A stretch of 64,000 bases of DNA from Eledone cirrhosa. Lineage: Eukaryota. Shown here piece after piece: positions 16,277-27,339 of the stretch. Below the pieces are notes generated by a model. That model worked only from the letters and a program-made list of their open reading frames with translations, was not told the origin of the DNA and ran no database searches. The translations under genes were made by a program, and so were the position numbers. The DNA lies in the NCBI GenBank assembly GCA_964016885.1, contig OZ024740.1:205964001-206028000 (forward strand), in the 5' to 3' direction. The first letter of the stretch is position 1. Every line of letters begins with the position of its first letter.

Positions 16277-16720
16277 ACACAACCAAAATTAATGAATGGA
16301 ATAGCAACATCACAACTTACAATTAAGGACAAAATGAAAACACACACACACATAGAACAAACAACCAACCAGTAACATGTAAATAAACAAATAAATAAAC
16401 AAATATAAACACACACAGACACCCGGATGTAACACATACACAAACTAAGCACACAACACACACAAAAACAAGATGGGGTAGGAGAGAACAAAGGAGAGGC
16501 ACAAAAATAAAGAAAAGAATCCCCAGTCACTGAAGAGGTCACAGAATGTGTGACGAAAGAACTTTGACAATATGTGAATAATCGTCTGGTTGTGGAACCA
16601 ACCAACCAACCGGAAATTTATAAATTCCTAAATTTATAAATTTAATTTATAATAAATTGAAGTGAAAGCAACTGGTGCATGTGTTTCTTATTGGCAACAT
16701 GACCCTCCCAAAGTATAACA
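16277..16720 (+). mobile_element. Probable 3' end of PLE 2 (ORF tail ..QPKL/..EWNSNITTYN*, 3' UTR with HHR)
   Basis: Resumes at the far side of the RTE insertion with a PLE-like P.LN..EW ending, contains a HHR core and ends at (TA)n. Confidence 0.6.
16526..16568 (+). ncRNA. Minimal type I hammerhead ribozyme motif, possibly degenerate
   Basis: GUCA-CUGAAGA-g-GUCACA gaaug UGUGAC-GAAA-G AA C-UU-UGAC. 4-bp stem I, 6-bp stem II, very short stem III, CUU triplet, one extra G after A9. Confidence 0.6.
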
Positions 16721-16878
16721 ATATATATATATATACATACACGCACACATATATATATGTACGTATGAATTCACCGAACATTTATTATAATGCTCGGTGT
16801 GTTTGTAAACAAACATCCCGTATTAAGCCGTAGTGTCTAGCAACCATCATTGCTCGTTTGTTCAACACTGACAAAGGA

Positions 16879-16921
16879 ACGCTGTACTAGTTTGAAGCTT
16901 ATTAGCTATCATCAGCAACGT
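16879..16921 (-). ncRNA. Hammerhead copy 1 (GAAA to CAAA core change, likely inactive)
   Basis: ACGUUG-CUGAUGA-UAGCUAAUAAGCUU-CAAA-CUAG-UA-CAGCGU. Confidence 0.6.
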
Positions 16922-17306
16922 ATACCTTCCTGCCAGATGATTGAACGTCTGAAAGTATATACTTTCCTTATGCATATTAACGGCTGAGCAGCCTAATTTG
17001 CATATCGAGTGGGTTAATCGGCCGGGTGCACCGAAAACGATAAACGGAAAAAATGAAACGAAATTTCATTTCCCACTCTTAGTACGGCTGTTACTTAAAT
17101 ATAAGTATGTATACGTACATACATATATGTATACAGACGTACAGTAGTATGTATATATACATACATACATGCACACATATATATATGTACGTATGGATTC
17201 ACCGAACATTTATTATAATGCTCGGTGTGTTTGTAAACAAACATCCCGTATTAAGCTGTAGTGTCTAGCAACCATCGTTGCTCGTTTGTTCAACACTGAC
17301 AAAAGA

Positions 17307-17349
17307 ACGCTGTACTAGTTTCAAGCTTATTAGCTATCGTCAGCAATGT
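17307..17349 (-). ncRNA. Hammerhead copy 2
   Basis: ACAUUG-CUGACGA-UAGCUAAUAAGCUU-GAAA-CUAG-UA-CAGCGU; one mismatch in stem I. Confidence 0.72.
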
Positions 17350-17438
17350 ATACCTTCCTGCCAGATGATTGAACGTCTGAAAGTATGCATAAGGAAAGTA
17401 TATACTTTCAGACGTTCAATCATCTGGCAGGAAGGTAT

Positions 17439-17481
17439 ACGTTGCTGACGATAGCTAATAAGCTTGAAACTAGTACAGCGT
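17439..17481 (+). ncRNA. Hammerhead copy 3 (minimal type I, palindromic stem III)
   Basis: ACGUUG-CUGACGA-U AGCU AAUA AGCU U-GAAA-CUAG-UA-CAGCGU. 6-bp stem I, ACUAGU palindrome, GUA site. Confidence 0.78.
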
Positions 17482-17866
17482 TCCTTTGTCAGTGTTGAAC
17501 AAACGAGCAATGATGGTTGCTGGACACTATAGCTTAATACGGGATGTTTGTTTACAAACACGAGCATTATAATAAATGTTCGGTGAATCCATACGCACAT
17601 ATATATATGTGTGCATGTACGTATATATATATATATACATACTACTGTACGTCTGTATACATATATGTATGTACGTATACATACTTATATTTAAGTAACA
17701 GCCATACTAAGAGTGAGAAATGAAATTTCGTTTCATTTTTTCCGTTTATCGTTTTCGGTACCCCGGCCGATTAACTCACTCGATATGGAAATTAGGCTGC
17801 TCAGCCGTTAATATGCATAAGGAAAGTAAATACTTTCAGACGTTCAACCATCTGGCAGGAAGGTAT

Positions 17867-17909
17867 ACGTTGCTGACGATAGCTAATAAGCTTGAAACTA
17901 GTACAGCGT
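17867..17909 (+). ncRNA. Hammerhead copy 4
   Basis: Identical to copy 3, 428 nt downstream. Confidence 0.78.
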
Positions 17910-18053
17910 TCCTTTGTCAGTGTTGAACAAATGAGCAACAATGGTTGCTAGACACTGTACGGCTTAATTCGGGATGTTTGTTTACAAACACACCGAGCAT
18001 TATAATAAATGTTCGGTGAATCCATACATACATGCACACGATAGCTAATAAGC

Positions 18054-18517
18054 TTGAAACTCGTACGGCCTACCTGCAACTACCTGGTCGATCCAGGGCT
18101 TTACTACCTCGCTCAGAACGTGGATGTAGCCATCGGTGTTTAGCTTGAGGCCCTCAGGGAAGAAGTGAGGTGGCATGATGTCACCTTGATTGCTGACGGC
18201 ACCTAAGACCAATGTTGTCGCTGGAAACTTTCTCTGCATGACTCTGGGCACGTCTTTGGATGAGACACCATTCTCCTGCTGACGCTGAGAAAGTTTGAAA
18301 TTTCCTTATTTGTCCTCCCGGCGTGGATTCCAAGAAGAACTCCGTGTCCCTTCCACAAATTTGGAGGTTCAAAATTATTCATAATCAATTATTCTGAAAA
18401 TAAATAATGGAAATATAGTTACTGTTTTTATGAAGACAAGAGTGACAACGGAAGTAAAAAAAATTTGCATAAAATTAGCAGTTGAAAATTGCGAACAAAT
18501 ATCGTCCACACCCTGTA
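18054..18517 (-). mobile_element. Tc1/mariner (maT/DD37D-like) relic, internally deleted, one terminus left
   Basis: KFPATTLVLGAVSNQGDIMPPHFFPEGLKLN...VVKPWI...PYEFQ; HTH-like N-terminus in ORF 18203..18388; terminus TA-CAGGGTG at 18517-18509. Confidence 0.85.
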
Positions 18518-19129
18518 TATATAATATCATAATGATAATGGATGTTCATAACACATATTGATGCTACTTGTCAAAATGGCGTATTCCCACTCATGGAGAG
18601 CTGAAATGGAACATAAAGCCAAGAAATATATTTCTAAATTGAAATACATAAGTTTTCTAGAGCTCAAAATTATCATGAAATCGTTGTATTGAGAATGTTG
18701 TTTATTCCCTCTAGTTGTTTTAACATGTGGAAAGCATCGGCAAATGCTGTATTGAATTCGCAACCTAGCAAAAATTCATAGTGATACTTAATAGTAGGCA
18801 ACTTCATGTGCTAGTACCAAATAATTTGCCTTTCACTCAGAGAATGCCATTGTTACTGACAGGTGTAATAGTTCTCTGGACTTTTCCTACACTGTGCTAA
18901 CTCTGCTTACTATACTTTTCCAATAATTACCTCTGTTGATTAGGTCACCTATATAACAACAGCTGCTTGCTAGCAAAACTTCTGCATAGTGAATTATTAC
19001 ATTTCATTGTTGTTCCTAATGCTAACTACTTCTCTGCCTCTCTTATATATGTAGTCCTTCTATATCAACTTGTCTCTTATCTCACTTTAAATTTTAATAT
19101 ATTCTCGATTCATCTCGACCAGAGACAAC

Positions 19130-19513
19130 AATGTTTATTCATATATAAAAAAGAATAATAGAGAAGAAAGAATGGAAGGTAAAATAAGAAAATACAAAAA
19201 AATGGAAAAAGAAAGGAAGGGAAAAGCAAGGGCTCTAGTGTCACAGAATTGAGAGGGGAAAGGGAGTGTGTGGTGGCCTAGGGCGCAGTGGTATTGAGGC
19301 TGCGTCGCGTGGACAAGACTGCAAAAGCATTCCCATGGACCATGGCCAGCAACGCCCACTGCAACAGCCACCCCACCTCGCGGGGCTCCTTTCTCAGATG
19401 GGCCGCTGACGTTCCGATCTTGTGGAGGAGCTTGGCTGTATGGGGTCCAAGTATGCCTGAGATCTCGACGGCGACCAGTGCAAAGAGAAGTGGCTGGACA
19501 ATTCCCGGTATTT
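19130..19513 (-). mobile_element. 3' end of a CRE-like (restriction-like endonuclease) non-LTR retrotransposon
   Basis: KYRELSSHF/FALVAVEISGILG...LLHKIG...EPREVGWLLQWALLAMVHGNAFAVL (one frameshift) fits the AVE..G..G...QR...A..RGNA tail; stop at 19278-19280; AATAAA at 19139-19134. Confidence 0.75.
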
Positions 19514-21656
19514 GTATATTTTGTATACCTATAGTTTACATTGGCTAGACAGTGCAGAGTTTCTACTTATTCCTGTGGATACAGTATGGCTGAACGCTTA
19601 AGACGTTTGTTCCATATTCATAAGATCCCACTGCATGACATCTTGAACAAATGTCATTTAACATAGACTTGGGTCAACACAAGCCTTGTGAATGAAATTG
19701 GGTAGATGGAAACTGTGTCATGCTTAATTGCCCTGAGAATTATGTTATGGGTGCTTGTCTGTGGAATGCTCAGCCACTTGCACATTAATTTCACAAGCAA
19801 GCTGTTCTGTTGATCAAATAATTGAGACACTTATTGATGAAACTGTAAGAGGTCCATTCCATTCTTAACTTATCTTTTTGTGTTTATCAAGCATAGCCAC
19901 TTCCTTGAGTTCTGTATTCTTTTTTGTCTCCTTCCTTGTGTCATTATGTCCTGAAAAGGGGAATAAAGATGCTATGCATACCATAACCATTACTCTACAC
20001 AAACTACTGTGTTTTTGTGGTAAGTGCTTTATCTCACATAATATCAAATCTACAAGATTTTGATGTTTTTATTTTTAGAACAATATCTTAACGTCAGTAT
20101 GAGTGGCCAGTTACAGCCAGTTGGAACAGAAAGAGGCGAAAGAATTCTGGCTGGATACAGACAGCCAGTTTAAGTGCTAAAGGGTTTAGAATTGTATGAA
20201 AATTGTATGAAAAGTTATTTATGGAGTGGACTTAACTTCATCATAACCACCATTGGGACAAAGTTATGATGCACGTAGGGTTGAAAATGCAATGGCTCGC
20301 TATCAGAAATTTACATACATATAGATGATAGATCAGCACATTTGTAGCTTGTATTTATATTCAAATACACATTGACATGTTATCTTAATATACTGAATTT
20401 TGTGTTTATTCAGAAAACATCTGCCACTAAATATCTAGCAATGAAACTAATATTATATATTTGTTTATTTTTATCAAGTATTTAGGAATGTAAAACTACT
20501 TCTGTTGCTGTTAACTACAGTTGTTGATAATTGTTGAATATGTAAAATATTCACCATTCTATCTACTCTTTAATCTTTTACTTGTTTCAGTCATTAAACT
20601 GCAGCTATACTGGGGCACCACCTTGATTTAGTTGGTCATATTGACCCAGTACTATTTAAAAAAATCTGGTACTTATTTTATTGATCCTAATAGATCCTAA
20701 TACAGATGGACACACACAATGGGATTCTGCAGTTCCCATCTATCAAATTCCACTCGCATGGCATTGGTCACCCAAGGCTACAGTAGAAAACACTTGTTTA
20801 AGGTGCCACACAATGAGACTGAACCCAGAACCATGTGGTGGTGAAGCAAGATCCTTAACCACATGGTCATGCTTACACTTTTATTTTAATTTTATTACTG
20901 TTGTTGTAAACCAAGATTCTTTTTCATTTCTGGGTGAAACCATTTTACTTCTCATGACATGCAATGAAAGCTTTCTTCCACTTACATCTCACACATCTTA
21001 GTTCTCTCTGAATATTTTTAATGAAAGAAACTGCCTATAATTTTCAAATAATTTTATATATTATTAATGGTCTGTATAGCATAGAAATTTGAGTGAAGCA
21101 GATAATATTGCTCAATATGTAAGACTGCCAGAAACTGCCAGAAACTGCCCCTGGTAGTATGCAAATTTGTTTATTTTAAAGTGTTTATAGTTATCATCTA
21201 AAAACCTTCATCATAATTTTATGTAAGAACCTTTGATTAATTATGTCCCAAACGCCAGCTTAATTATGAGAAAGTTAGTTGTATTAGTAAATTCCTCTAA
21301 ATTTTTAATTCTCATCAACATTATGATCATTGTTTTTACGTCCGCTTTTTCACACTTGCATGGGTTGGACGGGTCCTTTCAGTACAGCCTCTCTCCACAC
21401 AGCATGTTTTTTCGTCATCTCCTCTGAGATTTAGTCATTTTAGGTCAGCCCTCAACATATCTACCCAGGTCTTTCTCAGTCTACATCTACTATGGCTTCT
21501 ATCCACTGTGTTACCATAACTATTGACATAGCTTGTTATTAAATATGAGATCCAGTTAACTGTAATTAAAACTAGTGTATGTTACTGACTGATGGTGAGA
21601 AAACACTATTTTAATCCTATTATCATGGGTTGGAATAGGTACATAGTATCCCTGTT

Positions 21657-21876
21657 TTAACCCTTTAGTATTTAAACCAGCCATATCTGGCCAGAATTCT
21701 CTCATTTCTTTTTGTTCAAACCGACTATAACTGGCCCCACTCATACTGATGTTAAGGTATTGTTCTCAAAATAAATTGTATCAAAATCTCATAGATTCGA
21801 TATTATGTGAGATAAAGCCTTTACCATGAAAATTCAATAATATATATAAAGAGTAATGAAAATGCTAAAGGGTTAA
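21657..21876. mobile_element. piggyBac-type MITE (TTAA-CCCTTTAG...CTAAAGGG-TTAA)
   Basis: TIRs and TTAA seen directly. Further copies at ~19990-20187, 39137-39341, 46872-47021, 50294-50461 and 58205-58408. Confidence 0.85.
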
Positions 21877-23783
21877 GAGGGGACTAAAAGTGTTGGAGCC
21901 TGGGATGGCATCTAGCTGTAAAACATTGCCTCAAAAAGGTCTCCATGATGTCTATGAAGCCTGTATGGTGCCCACATGGTTAACTACTCAAAGCTTGGAA
22001 AATGGCCTTGAGACACTTGTGTGTGAGGTATGATGGAGCTTGTGTATGTTCAGAAAACTGCTGCTTCTGCTGTCATCATTTCAAGTATGTAAAGGTTGAT
22101 GTTGAGTTATTGCATGCTTGCCTACTCCTGGCTGCTGAAGTATAGAAGACATTATCTTATAGATCTGCTAAACAAACTATTTTTGGTGAATGATTATTTA
22201 CATGTAGTTCAAGTTTGATTGGCTAGTTTTAACTAGCTGATGATATGTAAAGACATTTAAGTGTGTTTGCCGCTCTTACTCTGTCTGTTGAAGTAGCTGT
22301 GACATGTTCGCAGTTTAAATACTCACAGTGAGACCAGATGTATGTTGTTATATGTAAACATTATATATGGGTTTATATATGCTTTTATTTTGAATCACAG
22401 TGTGTTAGTGATATCACTAATTAAAACTAGTCAGTCAAGCTTGCACTGTATGTAAATAAGCTTTTAACAAGGATCGTTTGTTTACAAATTAAGCAAGAAG
22501 ATATTGTCTTTCAGACTGTAGTATTTGAGTGTAGAATTTTTAATGTGGTCTCATGTGGTATAGGACATTAAGAGTTAAAAACAAAAAAACATTGGTTGTT
22601 AGTATATAGCTATATCAAACATATAGGTTAGTATTTGTTAACTCTTACTTAACTGTTTGTTCTGGCTCTTTATGTCAACCGAAGTCAACTTTGTCTTTAA
22701 TTCTCCCAAGGTTGATAAAATAAAGTACCAGTTAACTACTGGGGTTGATTTAAAAATACTACTCCTTCCCCAAACTGCTAGCTTTGTGCCTATTTCCGAA
22801 ATAATTATTTGTATTTCAATGTGGTACAAGCAAATGCTTACAAATGTGAGTTTTGTGCATCAGTAGGTAATGGTTTCTGATTTAGATACAAGACCAACAA
22901 TTTTTGGAGGAGGTAATGTGGAGTTGATAGATATGAAGTGTGGAAGGGATGTGGGGAGTAGAATTGACCTCAGTCAGTTTCAATGATGAGTGTTTCAGTT
23001 GTTGAAGCAATGGAGTAGTCTACTTATGAAATTGTCATATCAGCGGCTGAGTATTCCACAGATATGTGTACTCTTAACCTAATTCTCAGGGAAATTCAGT
23101 GTGATACATAGTATGACAAAGCTGGCTTTTACAATTACAGCTACAGTCAATCTGATAGGCTTCCAAACAGTTTTCATATATCCTATTTCATTTCACATGA
23201 TCTGAAGCTATGGTAAATAACATTGGCCCAAAATGTCACACAGTGGGATCAAGCCTGGGACCTAATTATTTTAAAGTGAACTTCTTAACGATTGGGCCAT
23301 GCTTCCTCCACTATGGGGGAGTGTATATATGTATGGAATATGCCTGAATGTATGTGGATATACATGAATGTGGTTGGATATACCTGAATGTGTGTAGAGA
23401 GGCATGACGGGTGTGACTTTATTCTATCTATATCAACCTACAAACTATTGGTAAATAGAGAAGGCTGTATTAGGATTTCTTACAGTTAGTATTACTGCGT
23501 ATCATAAAGAGCTGCTTTGTTAATAACAAAGACATTGGTTGTTAAATATAATAACACCTGTATTAAGCAGGTAGACTAGTATTTGTTTAAAATCTTAAGG
23601 TTTTTTACTTGTTCTGCAAATCTGTATTGTGTCCTTCTTTTGATTGATAAAATATATCAGTCAATTCTTCCTCCTCCTCCTTCTTCCACACATGTACGCA
23701 CATGCATGCAACTCTGTTATGCACATCTACGTACATGCCTGCTACCCTATCATGCATATGCATAGATGTTATGTAAACCTTGC

Positions 23784-23964
23784 TTAACCCTTTAGCATTT
23801 ACATTACTCTATATTTACTATTGTATTTTTGTGGTAAAGGCTTTACCTCACAATATTATCTTACATAATATTGAATCTATGAGATTTTGATATTATTTGG
23901 TTTGAACAGAAAGGGGTGAGAAAATTCTGGCCAGATATGGCTCGTTTAAATGCTAAAGGGTTAA
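23784..23964. mobile_element. piggyBac-type MITE, same family, opposite orientation
   Basis: TTAACCCTTTAGCATTT ... AAATGCTAAAGGGTTAA. Confidence 0.85.
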
Positions 23965-25776
23965 GTAAATCTTAAAGTAGCTCTTTGAACATTTAGATGT
24001 AGACAGCAAAACCGATGCCATGCTCTCTAATCTCCTGAGCATGTCCCCTGCCAAGAGAAGGTGTACCTGATTTGTCGAGATAGGTCTTTTGGAGAATTGC
24101 AATGTCTAGGGAGTTTCAACAGTTTGTTGTTGATCAACACTGTCCTTTGTGTACCACTTCTTTGTTTTTTCATGTGTCATTGTCTTTTGTGTGTCACTGT
24201 TATACAATTGTAAATCCATAAATAAGATATGATCTCTTAAGACAGCTCTCATCTGTATAAATATTAGTGGTATAATTTCTTATATGATATACCAACGATA
24301 CCCAGATATTTCATGAAACATTACAAAACATTTGAGAAATAAAATAGAATCTCTGTGTATTTTCTCCTGAAAATAGATGCACGGTGAGTTACCATAGAAG
24401 TTTACTGAATAAAGACTGTGCAACAAACTGTTTATGAATAAATGTCTCATTCTGTTTGTTTTTAACCAATACACACACAAACTCTAGATGTATATTGAAT
24501 AATGGATAACCAGTTTTACAAATCTACATCTAGTTCAAATTTTAGATTAATTTCTTTCTTCTATTTTTTACTGACTGCTTTTATTTCCATCTTTCTCTCT
24601 CTCTCTCTCTTGGTGTATGTCTTTTTTTCACTATCTCTCACTATTCCCCTTTTGCTCCATTTTTCTCTCTCACATTCTTTTTCACATCATTTCTCTCTCT
24701 TATTTCTTTTCCTTTCTCTTTCTTTATTTCTCTCACCTATCTCTCTCCTAGCAGTTAGCCAAATAGATACCGATATAATAAGTAATAGATTTGAATAAAT
24801 TGCCCCAGTATGACTGCAGGCCATAAAAAATATGATTCATGTTAATTTTCTTTGTTGGCTGTATGTAAGGCTAAATGAAAGTAAATGTAGCAATTGAAAG
24901 TGACTTTGAAATGTATGTCATTTAAAGTGTGTATCTATTTATATCATCATCACAGTTTTATGTTCATTTTTCGTACTTGCATGGGTTGGACAGGTCCTTT
25001 CCAGTGCAGTATCTCTCCATTCATCTCGGTCCTTCATCATCTCCTCTGTGAAATTCAGTGATTTGAGATCAGCTTTGACAACCTCTCCCACAGTTCTCTT
25101 CCACTGAGATTTCTTGCGATTTCTTCACCCAGCAATCATCATCCATATATATCACATGTCCAAACCAGTGCAGTCTTCTGATAAAGAAAGTACTGCACAG
25201 TACTGTTGCAGCTCTCTCTCCTTCCTACTGTGACATCTTGGATGTTCTGTTGAATTGATACAGAAATGGCCAAGAGGGTGTCTATGTTTGCTCATGACTG
25301 CATGAACATCTAAAACCCTTATCAAAATATGGTACATATTCCCAAGTCATACTCAATTGTGAGTGATAGCTGAAGTAATATGTGGGTGTGTGTCTATATA
25401 TATATCCACTGTGAGAGGGTTTGGTGCAGCCAACTGGACTGTCCCTCCTCATAGTGGTGCCATCCAATTCCATGCTCCCAAACTATGGTTCTGCTGTGAG
25501 AAGGGTTTGATGCAGCCAACTGGCCTGTCCCTCATAACGGTGCCATCCAGTTCCACACTGTAAATTTGGTTGGTGTTAGGAAGGGCATCCAGCTGTAAAA
25601 ATCACAGCTAAATTAATCAAGATACAGTGCAGCCAATTCTGGCCAGGCTTGTCTCTCGACATGGACGACCTGTCTCGCCCATGCAAGCTTGGAAAATGGA
25701 CGTTAAATAGTGATAAGAATGATGATATGTAGCATAGTACCCATAAACAATTATGGGGTGTACAGTAAAACTATAT

Positions 25777-25986
25777 TTAACCCTTTAGCATTTAAACAGG
25801 CCGTATTCGGCAAGAATTCTCTCACCTCTTTCTGTTCAAACCGGTTGTAACCAGCCACTCATACTTATGTTAAGGTATTGTTCTCAAAATAAATATTAAA
25901 ATCTCATAGATTCAATATGTGAGGCAAAGACTTTTTGGTGAAAATATAATAGTAAATATAGAGTAATGTAAATGGTAAAGGGTTAA
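25777..25986. mobile_element. piggyBac-type MITE, same family
   Basis: TTAACCCTTTAGCATTT ... AAATGGTAAAGGGTTAA. Confidence 0.85.
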
Positions 25987-26348
25987 TGGAATAATTCCAT
26001 GATTACATCGTTCTCTGAAAATTCTTGAATCACTGATTTTTTTCTTTACTTTATTAATCATCATCATCATCGTCTTCTTCTTTCAAAGTCTTATATTTTT
26101 CATGTCATCTGGCTGTTTTAGGATGATTTCAGTGAAAGAAGTAAAACAACTATTTTGTCTTCTATAAACAAATGAGTTAGTTTAAAGACATGTATACACA
26201 GACACTGGTTTATTTAAACACACTGGACTTCCTTTTCTTTGTATTGAAAATTTACTTTTTCTTTATAATAGCAGAAAAGAATTTTGTTTCTTAAAATATA
26301 TTCAATATTTGTTTGAGCAAACTATAAATATTTTATTTTTATATTTTA

Positions 26349-27339
26349 CTAGCAGTAAAGCCCGGCGTTGCTCGGGGTCGCTCAGTAGCTGTGTTAAAGT
26401 TACAATGTTAAGTTTCTTTTTTGGCTTAAAAACTGTAGTGTCTACTGTGCAGACTTGCATGTGGTGTTTTTGATTAATATTCCCTCAACCAACAATATGC
26501 CTTATGAAGTTAAGAAAACATAACGATAACCCGAATGTTATAACAAAAGAGGATGCTGGGGATAAAAACTGCACTGGTTATTTATTAACAAAGATCGAAA
26601 ATGTAAACACTGCAACTCAGAGAAAAACATTAGCGTAACCAAATTATCAGTTATGTCTGTCTGCACGCCTATATCACCTCTCTGCACGACTGTCTGTCTG
26701 CACGCCTATATCACCTCTCTGCACGACTGTCTGTCTGCACGCGTATATCACCTCTCTGCACGACTGTCTGTCTGCACGCGTATATCACCTCTCTGCACGA
26801 CTGTCTGTCTGCACGCCTAACGAAATTTACAGATACATATATTTTAAATAAACTTATATAATTTTTGCTTTTTTTTACGAAATATTTGCTTGTTTTACGT
26901 AGTCTTTAAATAGACTTGTTTTCAAGTAAAAATATTGTTTTAAAAGGCTTTTAAATGGAAATGAAGCAAAACGGAAGCTTAGTGTTCGAACTGATGAATT
27001 TTGCAGGTCAAAATTTTGCTGGCTCGACGACAACTGTTCGTGTATTGTGTTAATGTCATTTTAAACGCTGAGAAAGCCAGCGTAATTTTTTTAATTTTTG
27101 CACGCAGACGCTCAATGTAAACAGAACAAAGGGAAATAACTGATCACTTACGCTCAAAAATCGATACATTATATTCGATTTCGTCAGATAGGGCGGGTCA
27201 ATTTGAAATATTTTTTTTCCGATGTCTTCGCTAGGGCTCAATGTACAAGTATAGCAATTTCGGTGCAATTCCGTGAGAGATTCTAAGAGATGTGTGCCAA
27301 AAATCGATAGACAGACAGACAACCTCAGTTTTATATAGA
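26349..27339 (-). mobile_element. Non-autonomous Helitron
   Basis: Minus strand begins A^TCTATATAA followed by (GTCT)n and ends CCCGAGCAACGCCGGG hairpin...CTAG^T; no TSD. Confidence 0.8.
26654..26818. repeat. 37-bp tandem repeat, ~4.4 copies, inside the Helitron
   Basis: TGTCTGTCTGCACGCCTATATCACCTCTCTGCACGAC starts at 26654, 26691, 26728, 26765 and 26802. Confidence 0.95.

Larger units (their letters stand above)
16745..18060. mobile_element. Hammerhead-containing 428-bp tandem repeat arranged as a palindrome (retrozyme-like or non-autonomous PLE)
   Basis: Motifs recur at 16879 and 17307 (-) and at 17439 and 17867 (+), period 428 bp. Fold-back centre ~17385-17400. No credible ORF. Confidence 0.8.

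Noticed and set aside
18560-19020. Coding-like composition on the minus strand
   Set aside because: Stops in the frames read and no motif I could recognise; possibly a decayed transposon.
19288-19548. GC-rich + strand ORF as candidate SORL1 exon 1
   Set aside because: No signal peptide; the minus strand encodes a CRE-like retrotransposon tail.
26991-27020. CTGATGA followed by the hairpin AATTTTG/CAAAATT
   Set aside because: No GAAA after the stem and no stem I or III.
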